A stretch of 64,000 nucleotides of DNA, from positions 133,362,001 through 133,426,000 of the forward strand of contig NC_082710.1 in the NCBI RefSeq assembly GCF_030144855.1. The letters are read 5' to 3'. Of the stretch, positions 1 to 13,189 are shown piece after piece; the stretch's first letter is position 1, and each line of letters opens with the position of its first letter. The notes under the pieces were generated by a model. That model worked only from the letters and a program-made list of their open reading frames with translations, was not told the origin of the DNA and made no database searches. The translations under genes and the position numbers were made by a program. This DNA is from Hypanus sabinus (lineage: Eukaryota).

Positions 1-375
1 TTGCCAGTATATTTTTAGCTGGTATGAAACATAGCAGCAGTGAAGTCATGCCATGTGTCACGGTATCACCAATGCTGGATTTGGGGGCAAAATAAAACAC
101 AAGTAAAATAACCTCATGGTATTGGCAAACCCTTTTCTCTATTTGCCCACCTTGGGACAAGTAGTCCTCAAGCCGAGGTATGGGGATGGGCGCCATGTGC
201 CAGTCGAAAGAGGGAGCCTTGGGCAGGGATATTATGAACTGGGTACACTTGTACCCTCAACCCAGAAGGTGACTTGCTTTGTAGGAGGACAATGTCTGAA
301 CCACAAAGAAAAGAAGTTGTTGCCATCTATAAGGGAGAATAAAGAGGCAATGTTCTGGACCAGGCTGAAACAACC

Positions 376-507
376 CTGATGCAGAGTGTCGGCGCGAAAT
401 GTTGACTGTTTATTCCCCTCCATAGATACTGCCTAACTTGCTGAGTCCCTCCAGCATTGAGTGTGGGTTGCTCAAGGTTTCCAGCTTTTACAGAATCTTG
501 GTGTTTA
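376..507 (+). mobile_element. Penelope-derived short repeat (hammerhead-type head, degenerate)
   Basis: CTGATGCAGAGTGTCGGCGCGAAATGTTGACTG...GATACTGCCTAACTTGCTGAGTCCCTCCAGCA matches the copies at 22962, 23282, 25016, 37050 and 60775. Confidence 0.7.
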
Positions 508-855
508 GGAGGTTGTTGTCAGTGGACCAGTGTGTGGTACCAGCCCAGGTGGGTATAGAGCTTCATCCTACAAGTATTTAAGGCCAAAAGTCACAAAAGT
601 GGTTATTTCTAAATCACCTAAGTCAATGCAACAGCTTTTGTGCATATTTTCATTCCTTTTGTTAGTCTGATAACCCCCCCCGCCCCCCCAGTCCCTTGTA
701 TGTACACAAAACCCCCCATATTAACAATGCTACATAAATGAAAGTTGTTGCTATTCCATAACAATTATTGGGGCTAGATAATATTTATACCAAGCAGTAA
801 TTGTTTAAAAGTATTCCTTTACAAAAAAAATTATCTATCTTGAGGCATAATGAAA

Positions 856-1014
856 GTAGTTTTTCCTTTCCGTACCTTGAGCCACATCGGGCAGCAACCT
901 TGCTGTTCATTTACCATGTTTTTTTTTGATGCCATGTTGCTAACTTGATGCTCGGCCCCGCACAGATGGAAAGCGTGGCTGGGTTCAAATCCAGGACCAT
1001 GCCTCGAAGTCTGG
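856..1014 (-). mobile_element. tRNA-derived SINE, 5'-truncated (family shared with 25559 and 30161)
   Basis: Perfect 15-bp TSD TGAGGCATAATGAAA (841-855 / 1015-1029). Core GTTGCTAACTTGATGCTC...CAGATGGAAAGCGT is shared with the other two copies. Confidence 0.75.
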
Positions 1015-3487
1015 TGAGGCATAATGAAAATGTAGGAACCCCGTATATCAAAGCAGTGGGCCTGTAGGCCTGCTCTTGTTACTTTTCTTATGTTCCTATT
1101 CCATGGCATTTAGGATGTGTTTTATGTACAATTACCATTACATTGCGTCATACAGATTTTAACTTTTCTTTATGGTGTCAAGATCAGTTGCACCTTAATA
1201 CCCTAATTACCTGTCGCTCCATTTCTGATGTGAAGTTTGGTTCACTGCAACGACAGAATGTATCCACAGGGTTACACGTTTCCCATCAGTGAACAATGCC
1301 CATCTCTTGTGTCCGGTTCTCTGAATGCTGTTGTGAAGTTGAAGTCCCGGCTGCTAGCTCTCCCTGGCAAAGTTAATGCCTACTACATCCAAACTTTAGG
1401 AAACATGTTGGAACCTAGCATTCCCAAAGACATATTATGATAGAGAAATCAAAACTTACAGAAGCCTTTTTTTAAAAAATTCTGGCAATTAGTCTGATTG
1501 CTAATTAAGTTGGCTTTATCACAATGATGAATTATGTGTGGGAGTAAGGTTCCCTTGCCTGTTTATGGGCTGGCATTAATAACTACAAAATGATAGGTTT
1601 TGATATATTAATTAAATGATTCCTGAAGGATAGATGCTGCCTCTTCCTACCATTCCCACTAATGTGGATGTTTAAATGCTCCTTTGACTGCAGTTTGTAA
1701 GTCTTCTGAATCAGCTATATTATTCTCTCCTCAAAATCTGTCACATCCATTTGGGGGAACTGACAGCAGTTGTTCCTGTCCAACCTCTCAGCTATTATAT
1801 ATAGGTTTTGCTGCCATACTTGCAAATCCGTGTCAGTGGAATTCTTTATTTCAATTAAAATGTTCTATTGATTTTGTTATTGCAAGCTGTATCACAAAAC
1901 TTAACAGCTGTGATATTACCTTAGAGGCAAATTTACTGATTCCATCAGGGCTCTTGGCATAAGTGTTCACATAAAAGTAAATCAAATATAATGGAAATAT
2001 AATCCATTGCTCTAAGCAACCGGGGCTACAGGTTGCCAAAGAACTTAACCAGCACTGGAGATTTGACACATGCTTCTAATTATGTGACACATTATTGTAT
2101 CTCATCATATGGTCACTGGCTCCTAGTTATAATGGTAATTTTGCTTTAAATAGACTGCCATGCATCTGAGCTCAGGGTTATGAAATTAAGAAGGTCATCC
2201 TATACTCTCTGGCTGGATATATCTATTTCCTGCATGATACAATGCATTTAGCTAGCAGGAGCACAACAGCAAGCTTTCATGCCTTTTTTTTTCACTGTTG
2301 TTTACAGAATTGACAGCTTATGAATATTTGATATGATGCATTTATTGTAATTAAAACATCCCTTTTTTATAATACAGAATGGGGCCTTTCAGCCCACTCA
2401 GTCTCTGCCAGCTCTCAGGGCATTCAGCTCAATCCCATTTGCTTCAGTATATTCATGTGAACTATTGTCTCTCACCCATCAGTTCACCCCCACCCCCCCA
2501 CCACCACTTCTCCTCACAGCCAACCAACCACACTACGGGCAGTTTTTGTGCTTTGGGTGTTCGATGTTTTTCTTTGAATGGGTTCCATGGTGGTTCTTCG
2601 TTTCATGGCTGTGTGTGGGAAGACGAATCCCGGTTGTATACTATGAATCAGGAGTGGGAGTTTTGATCATCATCTCAGAAAAAGGACAGACAGATGGAGA
2701 GGCATGGGTACTTTATAAAGGCATTCCAGTTTTTGAGGTAAATGTCGAGCAGAGCAGACGGAACATTACGGCACAGTACTGACACTTCAGCCCACAATGT
2801 TGTGCCAACCTGGACAACAAAATTAGTGCAATACAGTTACAGAGGAGGAATTATTGGACTGATAGTATGGAGGGATTTGAAGCAAGGCTAAGAGCTTTAA
2901 AACTGAGGAATGCTGAACCAGAGGCCGCTACAGGTCGACAAACAAAGAGGTCATTTCTCACCTTGCTTATTACAAGTCCTCAATTGTTTTATTTCTCTTA
3001 GTTCAAGCTTCAAAATGGAACGATTTAGTTAAGCTCACTTTTGAGCCAATCAGATACACGAAACACCAACTTATGCATTATAAAATCATAGTCATTGAGC
3101 ACTACAGCATAGTAATGGACCCTTCAGCCCATCTAGACTGTGCCAAGGTGTTTTCCTACCTAGGCCTACCTACCCACAATGGACCATATCCCTTCCAACC
3201 CCTCTCATCCACGTACCTACTGAAACTTTCCTTAAACTGAATCCGCATCCACTAGCTCTGCTAGAAGCTCGTTCTACACTCGACAACCCGCTGAGTGAGG
3301 AAGTTCCCCTTCAGGTTCTCCTTAAATATTTCAAGTTCAGGTGAAGTGCAAGCTCCGTTTATTGTCATTCAACTGTACTCATGTATACTGCCAAAACAAA
3401 ACAATGCTCCTCCTTACCAGGTTCATAGCAGAGTGCATATAACTCACACACATAACATAGAACGTAATATTACCCCATATAAGTTAT

Positions 3488-5294
3488 AGACAATAGCCAA
3501 TAGGTGCAGAAGTAGACCATTCGGCCCCTTGAGTCTGCACTGCCATTCTGAGATCATGGCTGATCATTCACTATCAATACCCAGTCCCTGCCTTGTCCCC
3601 ATATCCCTTGATTCCCCTATCCATCAGATATCTATCTAGCTCCTTCTCGAAAGCATCCAGAGAATTGGCCTCCACCATCTTCCGAGGCAGTGCATTCCAC
3701 ACCTCCACAACTCTCTGGGAGAAGAAGCTCTTCCTCAACTCTGTTTTAACTAACTGACCTCTTATTCTCAATCCATACCCTCTGGTACTGGACTCTCCCA
3801 ACATCTGGAACATATTTCCTGCCTCAATCCTATCAAATCCTTTAATTACCTTAAACGTTTCAATCAGAGTCCCTCTCAATCTCCTCAATTCCAGTGTGTA
3901 CAAGCCCAATCTCTCCAATCTCTCTGCGAAAGACAGCCCTGCCATCCCAGGAATCAACCTAGTGAATCTACGCTGCACTTCCTCAATTGCCAGAATGTCC
4001 TTCCTTAAACCTGCAAAACTGTACACAATATTCCAGGTGTAGTCTCACCAGGGCCCTGTACAAATGAAAAGGACATCCTTGCTCTTATACTCAATTCCCT
4101 TTGTAATAAAGGCCAACATTCCATTTGCCCTCTTCACTGCCTGTTGCACTTGCTCATTCACCTTCATTGACTGTTGAACTAGGACTCCTATGTCTCTTTG
4201 CATTTCTCCCTTACCTAACTCTACACCGTTCAGACAATACTCTGCCCTCTTGTTCCTGCTTCCAAAGTGGATAACTTCACATTTATTCACATTGAATGAC
4301 ATCTGCCAAGTATCTGCCCACTCACCCAGCCTATCTAAGTCTCCCTGTATTCTCCTAACGTCCTCTTCGCATGTCACACTGCCACCCAGTTTAGTATCAT
4401 CAGCAAACTTGCTGTTATAGTTTTCAATGCCCTCATCTAAATCGTTGACATAAATCGTAAAGAGCTGTGGTCCCAATCCAGAGCCCTGTGGTACCCCACT
4501 AGTCACCTCCAGCCAGTCCGAGAAAAACCCATTCACTGCTACCCTTTGCTTTCTATCTGCCAACCAGTTTTCTATCCATGTTGAAACCCTGCCCCTAATG
4601 CCATTGGCTCTGATTTTACTCACCAATCTCCTATGTGGCACCTTATCGAATGCCTTCTGAAAATCTAGGTACACTACATCTACTGGCGTACCCTCGTCTA
4701 ACATCCTTGTTACACCCTCAAAAAACTCCAACAGATTAGTCAAGCATGATTTGCCCTTGGTAAATCCATGCTGGCTTGGCCTAATCCTATTACTGCCATC
4801 AAGATATGCCACTATTTCGTCATTAATAATGGACTCAAGCATCTTCCTCACAACTGACGTTAGGCTAACAGGGTGATAGTTCTCAGTTTTCTCCTTCCCT
4901 CCCTTCTTGAAAAGTATGATAACATTAGCCACTCTCCAATCTTCAGGAACTGATCCTGAATCTAAGGAACATTGGAAAATGATTACCAATGCATCTGCAA
5001 TTTCCTGAGCCACCTCTTTTAGAACCCTCGGATGCAGACCATCTGGACCCGGGGATTTATTAGCCTTCAGTCCTATCAGTCTACTCATCACAGTTTCTTT
5101 CCTAATGTCAATCTGTCTCAATTCCTCTGATATCTTATGACCCTGGCCCATCCATACATCTGGGAGATTGCTTATGTCCTCCCTGGTGAAGACAGATCTA
5201 AAGTACGCATTAAATTCTGTTGCCATTTCCCTGTTTCCCATAATAATTTCTCCCAATTCATTCTTCAAGGGGCCAACATTGTTCAAGGGGCCAA
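3488..5294 (-). mobile_element. Young 5'-truncated CR1 LINE
   Basis: Two long ORFs (4045-5286 and 3574-4026) joined by one frameshift, followed by a CR1-like 3' UTR and tail. Confidence 0.95.
3574..5286 (-). pseudogene. CR1 ORF2 reverse transcriptase (C-terminal part, one frameshift near 4030-4060)
   Basis: Motifs KSPGPDGLHPRVLKE, YHPVSLTS, QHGF, YLDFQKAFDKVPH, SGVPQGS, KFADDTKL and FFSQRVVEVWNALP. Confidence 0.95.
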
Positions 5295-6904
5295 AATTGA
5301 CAAATAATAAAGCCCATATTAGTACAAGTTAAAAAAGTGAACAGTATAATGCTACTGGTGCTTCTTACATGTTGAGACCAGGGCAGTGGCAGGGAGTTCA
5401 GTAGTTTTATGGCCTGGGGAAAGAAGCTGTTTCAAAAGTTCTTGTCCTCATGCTATGGTACCTCCTGCATGTTGGCAAACAGATTGTAGGACGGATGAGA
5501 GGGGTCATTGATAATGCTAAGATCCCTGCGTACACAATGCTCCTGATAAATACCTCTAATGGGTGGAAGGGAAACCCCAATGATCTTCTCAGCAGCCCTC
5601 ATAATGCTTTGCAGGGGTTCGCGGTCAGCTGCCTTGCAATCCCCATACCATACGCTTGAATACAGATGGTCCGGACCATTTTGATGGTGTTCCTGTAAAT
5701 ATTAGTTAAAACAAGGTGGGAGGGAGCTCTCATTTCTCATTTCACCTTTCACCCTAAAATACTTTTAAACTCACCTAACTTCAGTAGAACAAGTCTGCAT
5801 GTGTTTCCTCCTCTTAATTTTGTATGCTTCTGTTAGATCTCCCTTTGTTCTCCTATGCTCCAGGAAATAAATTTCTAACTTATTCCATCTTTCCCTGTAA
5901 CTCAGATCCTCAGTTATGGTAAAATTTTTGTAATTGTTCTCTGCACACTTTCAATCCTATTGATATCTTTCCTGTAGTTAGGAGACTAGAAATGCGCACA
6001 ATATTTCAAGTCAGGCCACACCAACGTCCTATAGAATTTCAACATTACATCCCAACTCCTCTACTTAGTGCTCTGATTTATGAAGACCAATGTGCCTAAA
6101 GCTCTCTTTATGATCTTATCTACCCGTGATACCACACCTCACCTCAGAACCCTAACATTCACCTCCCTGGATTGTCGTGCCAAAGTGCAACACCTCACAC
6201 TTGTCTGTATTAAATTTCATTGGCCTTCATTCAGCCCATTTCCCCAGCAGATTCTGATCACATTGCCAGTTTTGATAGCCTTACTTGATGCCCACTATGC
6301 CCCCATTTGTGGTGTCAACCATAACTTTGCCGATCTACTTTGCCAAATTATCATCTAAGTCATTACTAGATGTTATACAACAATGGACCCAGCACCAATC
6401 CTCACTGTACACTACTAGTGACAGCCATCTAGCCAGAGAAACAACTATATTCTACCACTCTCTGTATTCTCCTGCTAAGCCAATGCTGAATCCAATTTAC
6501 GACTTCATTCTGAATGCCAAGTGACTTAATCCTCTGGATCAGGCTCCCACGTGAGACTTCGTAAACAGCCTTAATAAAGTCTATAAAGATAACATCCACT
6601 GCCTTTCCTTCATCAGCCTTCCTGGTAACCTCCTTAAATCTCTGGAACTTTGGTTAGACATGACCTTCCATACACAAATCAATGTTGATTCTCCCCGGTC
6701 AGGCTCCGCCTATTCAAATATTAATATATCCAGTCTCTTTGTGCTTTTTATTATTCTGAAATTTATCCAAATTTCTTTGAATCTCCTCCATTTCCTGAAC
6801 CTCACCTTCATCTCCTCCATTTTCTGAAACTCACCCAAATCGCTTCTGTTTTCCAAACCACCAGGCTCATCCCATCTTTCCACCACCAACAGAGTTCCTC
6901 AAAA

Positions 6905-7385
6905 TGTCACAAATCCTGGCAGAGTTATGAATAGTGAGGAAGGTAAATTTAGTTTGCAGATTGATATCGCTGGTGGTGGGCTGATAGATAGCAGATGAAG
7001 TTCAATCCAGGTGAATGCAAGGTGAAGCATGTTGTGAGTACTGAAGAAGTTTGGACATGAATGGTACGGACTTAGAGAGCACTGATGAATAGAACGATCT
7101 TGGAGTACACGTCCCAAAGTCAATAAAGCAGAAACAGATAATGTGATTAGGAATGTTCTGTTTGTTGGGGCACGGAACACAAAAAAGAGAGGACGTAAAT
7201 GTGTGATAAAGCAGAAGAGATTCAGAGGGATATAACGGGTTCTTCTTCACCCACAAAGGGTGAGTACCTGGAATGCACTGGCTGAGAGAATGGTGGAAAT
7301 GAAGTCGTTGACAGCATGAGATGAACACTTGAATCACTTATAGAAAAGCATGGGCCAGGTAGTCAGTAATAGGATTAGTGTGACT
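6905..7385 (+). mobile_element. Degenerate CR1 3' fragment
   Basis: Residual RT C-terminal homology, including TTCTTCACCCACAAAGGGTGAGTACCTGGAATGCACTG. Confidence 0.6.
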
Positions 7386-7844
7386 GTCATTTTTTCATTT
7401 TTAATTTTCGATCTTTTTTTATTGATTTAAAAAAATGAGTAGATTCAAATCAGAGGAGAAGTTGTATCAAATGCATAAATGTATAAAACAACATAAGGGA
7501 TGTATACTGTCAAAGTCATGTAAATGTTTCCATACTGTACTCTATAACGCCACCTGATCCCCCTACCTCCCACCCACATTAGGGGTAATATTCATGGGCA
7601 ACTATTCCACAGACAAAGCAGAACATCCAAACTCCATGCTGACAACACCGAAGGCTGGATTGAACCTCTCACTAAGTAGTCCAGTTTGCTACTAGGAACT
7701 TCTTAAATGCATTGTTTGGTATTATGTGTTTCTTCCTACCACTGTGCACTACAATCCGATGTAAAATCAACATATACATTGCACCTACACAACTGAGAGG
7801 ACTTTAAGTGCTCATTGGTGCTCTGTTTAGTTTGAGGCTGAGGA

Positions 7845-9385
7845 GTATCAGAATCAGGTTTATTATCACCAGCGTGTGTCATGAAATTTGTTAACTTAGC
7901 AGCAGCAGTTCAATGCAATACATAATCTAGAAGAAGAACAAGCAAACTACTAATAAATAAATAAGTAAATCAGTTACAGTATACGTATATTGAACAGATT
8001 AAAAATTGTGCAAAAACCAAAAATAGTATATATTAAAAAAAAGTGAGTTAGTGTTCATGGGTTCAAGGTTCATTTAGGAATCGTATGGCAGAGGGAAAGA
8101 AACTGTTCTTGAATCACTGAGTGTGTGCCTTCAGGCTTCTGTACCTCCTACCTGATGGTAACAGTGAGAAAAGGGCATGCCCTGGGCGTTGGAGGTCCTT
8201 AATAATGGACGCTGTCTTTCTGAGACACCGCTCCCTGAAGATGTCCTGGGTACTTTGTAGACTAGTACCCAAGATGGAGCTGACTAAATTTATAACCTTC
8301 TGCAGCTTCTTTTGTTCCTGTCCAGTAGCCACCCACCCATATCAGACAGTGATGCAGCCTGTCAGAATGCTCGTCATGGTACATCTATAGACGTTTTTGA
8401 GTGTAATGAAGTATAGTTGGTGTCCTGCCTTCTATATAACCGCATCGATATGTTAGGACTAGATTAAGTCCTCAGAGATCTTGACACCCAGGAACTTCAA
8501 ACTGCTCACTCTCTCCACTTCTGATCCCTCTACGAGGATTGGTATGTGTTCCTTTGTCTTACCCTTCCTGAAGTCCACAATCAGCTCTTCCATCTTACTG
8601 ATGTTGAGTGCCAGGTTGTTGCTGCGGCACCATTCCACCAGTTGGCATATCTCACTCCTGTACATCCTCTTGTCTCCATCTGAGATTCTACCAGCAATGG
8701 TTGTATCATCAGCAAATTTATAGATGGTATTTGAGCTATGCCTAGCCACACAGTCATGGGTATATAGAGAGCAGAGCAGTGGGCTAAGCACATACCCCTG
8801 AGGTGCACCAGTGTTGATCATCTGCAAGGAAGAGATGTTATCACCAATCTGCACAGATTGTGGTCTTCCAGCTAGAAAGTTAAAGATCTAATTGCAGAGA
8901 GAGGTACAGAGGACCAGGTTCTGCAACTTCTCAGTCAGGATTGTGGGAATGATGGTACTAAATGCTGAGTCATAGTTAATGAACAGCATCCTGACATAGG
9001 TATCTGTGTTGTCCAGGTAGTCTAATGGTGTGAAGAGCCATTGAGATTGCATCTGCCATCAACATCTTGTGGCAATAGGCAAATTGCAATAAGTCCAGGC
9101 CCTTGCTGAGGGAGGAGTTCAGTTTAGTCATGACCAACCTCTCAAAGCATTTCATCACTGTAGATGTGAGTGCTACCGGGCAATAGTCATTAAGCAGATC
9201 ACATTATTCTTTTTAGGCACTAGTATAATTGTTGCCCTTTTGAAGCAAACAGCATCTTCTGCCTTTAGTGGTGAGAGGTTGAAAATGTCCTTGGATACTC
9301 CTACCAGTTGTTCAGCACAAATTCTCAGAGCCTTACCAGGGATTTCATCGGGACCTTCTGCCTTACGAGGGTAGCTGTCAATCAT
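7845..9385 (-). mobile_element. Rex1/Babar LINE (RT and C-terminal domain), frameshifted
   Basis: Motifs KAEGPDEIPGKALRICAEQL, MKCFERLV, GAPQGYVLSPLL, YKFADDTT and LLPSGRRYRSL; (ATCAGA)n tail with AATAAA on the minus strand. Confidence 0.9.
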
Positions 9386-9775
9386 CAGTGATGTTTCAAT
9401 TACATTGCTTCTTCACTCTACCAACTACATCAATGAGTCAGCATAGACTCACTGGGCTGAATGGCCTGTTTCTCTGCTGCATCTCTGCTTGACTCTATCT
9501 TCTGCTTAATGCCTGTGATCAAAGGTGAATTTCCATCCCAGGCCTGTCTTTTCTGTGGTACTGGCAATCATTTTATCTTATCTCGTCTATTTCCTTTGGG
9601 AAATTTGAACACCTCTCTTCAAATCTTACCTTTCCTATCGATTGAAGGCAAGGTTACTTAACCAGTTTCACACAAGTTCTAACCCTTCTTATCATTTGAG
9701 TAAATCTCCTTTGCTGCTACACCCAGGCCTTGCCATCCTTCCTAAAGAGTAGACTCAAAGATTGCACTCAAGATT

Positions 9776-9966
9776 CAGAGCGTTGGAAGAACTCAGCGCA
9801 TCAAGCAGCATCTGTGGCGTCAAAATATGTCAGTCGACATTTCATTTCCAGTTGAAACTCTACAGCAGGGCATCAGCTTACACTGTTTGCTTCCACAGCT
9901 GCTGCTGGACCTGCTAAGTTCTTCCAGTGTCCTGCCTTTAGTTCTAGAATTCAGTATCTGCAGTCT
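9776..9966. mobile_element. Inverted pair of Penelope-derived repeats (old)
   Basis: TGGAAGAACTCAGC...GCAGCATCTGTGG faces CCACAGCTGCTGC...GTTCTTCCA. Confidence 0.6.
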
Positions 9967-10944
9967 TGTTAGTCTACTTGGATGAAGAGAAATTACTCTT
10001 TGGTCGCTTGTGGTGTTTACACAATATAGCAGTTATTAGTTATCATTGGACCTTGTTTCCCAAGTTGCTTCCATTCACTTTATTGTGTTCTAGGTTTGGA
10101 AATACAGAAACAACTCCTTCAGTGCACTGCATATGTGCTGACCATCAAATACTCACCAATCTTTCACAGTAGCTCTCGTAAGAAAAAAAGATCCCCGGTG
10201 TCTCTTTAGCATTCTGTCAACTTGTCCTTTATAGGACTATTGAACAGTTCCCTTGTACAGTAAGATGGACTCTTGATCTCACAAACTTCCTCATCAAGGC
10301 CTTGCACTTCCCCTGTAGCTGTTTCTCTTCATTCTGCACTTTGTTATCGTTTTCCCTTGTACCACTCCAATCCACTGTTGTAGTGAAATGACCTGTATGG
10401 ATGGTGTGCAAAACAAGGTTTTCCACTGTACCTCAGTACCTGTGACAATAATAAATAAAATTGGCTAATTTACCGCTCATCTTCAATGATCTGAAGTCAT
10501 ACGCTTGCCTTCTCTTACATACCCACCTTTAAGATTTTGTGTTCCTAAGAGGACCATTTTAATGAAAGTTACAAGGCTGTATGATGGTGGAGAGAGCTGT
10601 GGTCATTATTCATTTTCAGATGATGTGCCATTTTTATTTATGGACTGCAAGTTGTTAGATATTATTCCTTGTTCAATGTTATGGCTTCATCTATTGACAA
10701 GTTGGCTCAGCCATTTTAAGAACTGTGTTAAAAATTGAGAATTCTTCACAGCCTCACTGAGTGGTTTTCAAGAAGGAAAACTTGTCCCTTTCCTCTAAAC
10801 CATAATCTAGAAATTATTGCTTTCAAATGTGTGTAGATTTATTGCTGCAATGCTATCCTATATGTAGATTGAACAAGTAAACATTATGGGTTTTGCTCGA
10901 TGTGTGAAACATGTAGTGTAATAATCAAAATATCTATTTATTGT

Positions 10945-11190
10945 GATGCAATGCAGAATAGGCCCTGCAGGCCCTTCAATCCCTTGATTTTAACCCTAGC
11001 CTAATCACAGGACAATTTACAATGACCAATTAACCTACCAATCGGTCTGTCTTTGGACTGGAACACTTGGAGGAATCCCACACGGTCACGGTGAGAACAT
11101 ACAAACTCCTTACAAGCAGTGGTGGGAATTGAACCTGAGTCACCTGTACTGTAAGGTGTTGTGCTAACCACTAGGCTACTGTGCCACACG
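10945..11190 (-). mobile_element. HE1-type V-SINE (tRNA head, V-domain, CR1-like tail)
   Basis: Minus strand reads TGGCACAGTAGCCTAGTGG (A box), GGTTCAATTCC (B box), GGAGTTTGTATGTTCTC...CCAAAGAC...GGTTAATTGG. Confidence 0.8.
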
Positions 11191-11279
11191 TTCGCAAGAC
11201 CGCTTCTGAAACTCATTTCTATACCACTCACAAAACAGACTTTAATAGGTGAAGTCTGATATCTATATCATACAGACGT

Positions 11280-11693
11280 GCAGTCATAGAGCAATACATC
11301 ACAGTTACAGGCCCTTCAACCCAATAAGTTCATATCGATCGCAGTGTCCACCTAACTGGTCCCAATTTTCTACAACCAGCCCACATCCTTCTCAACCTCA
11401 CCCCTCCATGTACCTACTCAACTGTTTCCACAACCACTTCCTTTGCCACTTCATTCCATATACTCACCACCCACTGCATGAAAGAGCTCTCCCTCAGGTC
11501 CCTATTAAACCTAACCCCTCTCACCCTAAATCGGTGTCCCCTAGTCTTGGACTCCCTTAACCTGTTACCCAACACCTTACCTCTGTTTCTCATCATTTTA
11601 AACAGTTCTATAAGTAAACTCCTTATTCTGCTATCGTCTACTGAATCAAGATTAAGCATGGCCCTCTCTGTCTATGACTCAGACACTCTAGCC
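11280..11693 (-). mobile_element. Old CR1 3' fragment (outermost host of the nested stack; continues at 16564-16600)
   Basis: ORF 11414-11659 reads TRGHRFRV...SFMQWVVSIWN. The sequence resumes after the solo LTR as TTTGCAATATCCTTGTAGATCTTCTCT. Confidence 0.75.
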
Positions 11694-12852
11694 TGTCATG
11701 TATTGTAACTTCAAAACATTAAACTAATGGAAATAACTCAGAAAATGTGTAGCTCGGGTGGTTGATGGTTGGGTGGAGCTGTTCTCCGATCTTAGAAATC
11801 TATTTGCAAGCGTTTCATTACCATATCACAGAACACTACAGCACAGTACAGGCCCTTCAGTCCTCCATGTTGTGCCAACCCATATAATCCTTAAAAAAAA
11901 GTACTAGACCCACACTACCCCATAACTGTCTATTCTTCTTTCATCCATGTGCCTGTTCAAGAAGCTCTTAAATATCCCTAATGTTTTAGACTCCACCACC
12001 GTCCCTGGCAAGACATTGCAGGCACTCACAACCCTCTGTGTAAAAAACTTACCCCTGATGTCTCCCCTAAACTTCCCTCCCTTAATTTTGTACATATGCT
12101 CTCTGGTGTTTGCTATTGGTGCCCTGGGAAACAGGTACTGACTATCCACCCTATCTATGCCTCTCATAATCTTGTAGACCTCTATCAAGTCCCCTCTCAT
12201 TCTTCTACGCTCCAAAGAGAAAAGTCCCAGCTCTGATAACCTTGCTTCATATGACTTGTTCTCCAATCCAGACAACATCCTGGTAAATCTCCTCTGCACC
12301 CTCTCCATAGCTTCCATATCCTTCCTATAATGAGGTGACCTGAATTGAACACAATACTCCAAGTGCGGTTTCACCAGAGATTTGTAGAGTTGCAACATGA
12401 CCTCTCTACTATTGAACTCAATCCCCCTGTTAATGAAGCCTAGCATCCCATAGGCCTTCTTAACTACCCTATCAACCTGTGCAGCGACCTTGAGGGATGT
12501 ATGGATTTGAACCCCAAGGTCCCTTTGTTGATCCACACTCTTCAGTAACTGACCATTAATCCTGTACTCAGTCTTCTGGTTTGTCCTTCCAAAATGCATC
12601 ACCTCACACTTGTCCGGATTGAACTCCATCTGCCATTTTTCTGCCCAACTCTGCAGCCTGTCTATATCCTCTTATAACCTTCAACAACCTACAGCTCCAT
12701 CCACAACTCCTCCAATCTTTGTGTCATCAGCAAACTTACTCACCTATCCTTCTGCCTCTCCATCCAGGTCATTTATAAAAATCACAAAGAGCAGGGGTCC
12801 CGGGACAGATCCCTGTGGCACTCCACTAGTCACTGACCTCCAGGTAGAATAC

Positions 12853-13066
12853 TATAGCGAGGTGCTACATACAGCGCTGAAATAATGACACGCAGTCGGT
12901 AAGTCGTTTCGAGACTAGTTTATTCAAACTTCGCGGCGCTGGCATTTAATCCCTAGCGCCCGCCCTTTCCGGGCGGAAATGACGTCAGAGGTGCATTACC
13001 AAAGTCTCCCCCCGCGCGCTGGCTATTTGTGAGCCGGTTCACCTGTGCAGAAAGTGGGTCGCCACA
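12853..13066 (-). repeat. 3' LTR of the Gypsy element
   Basis: Direct repeat of 15694-15907, with about 20 substitutions in 214 bp by manual count and no indels. Confidence 0.95.
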
Positions 13067-13189
13067 TAACCACCCCACCCCACCCCCCCAGAACCGGCGA
13101 TACACCCCCCCCACAATGTCCACAGTCTGCATTAGCCCCTGTTTGGGAGGTCTGCCGCTGCACCGCGGTGCATGAACCTCGACCGGCTG

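Larger units (their letters stand above)
3334..5738 (-). mobile_element. Rex1/Babar-type LINE 3' fragment (pieces 3334-3487 and 5295-5738), interrupted by a young CR1
   Basis: The GTTTATTGTCATT tail and the GGGGAAAGAAGCTGTT...TACCTCCTGC motif are typical of the other Rex1-like 3' ends in the window. Confidence 0.6.
3085..6740 (-). mobile_element. Old CR1 LINE fragment split by nested insertions (pieces 3085-3333 and 5739-6740)
   Basis: CR1 3' end at 3085-3333 continues collinearly at 5739. ATTTCA is duplicated at 3328-3333 / 5739-5744. Degraded RT homology runs to about 6740. Confidence 0.7.

Noticed and set aside
116-379. 87-aa ORF at the window start as a host gene
   Set aside because: No recognisable domain or convincing splice context, and it ends in a repeat.
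6755-6845. Short direct repeats (ATCTCCTCCATTT twice)
   Set aside because: A small local tandem duplication with no sign of function.
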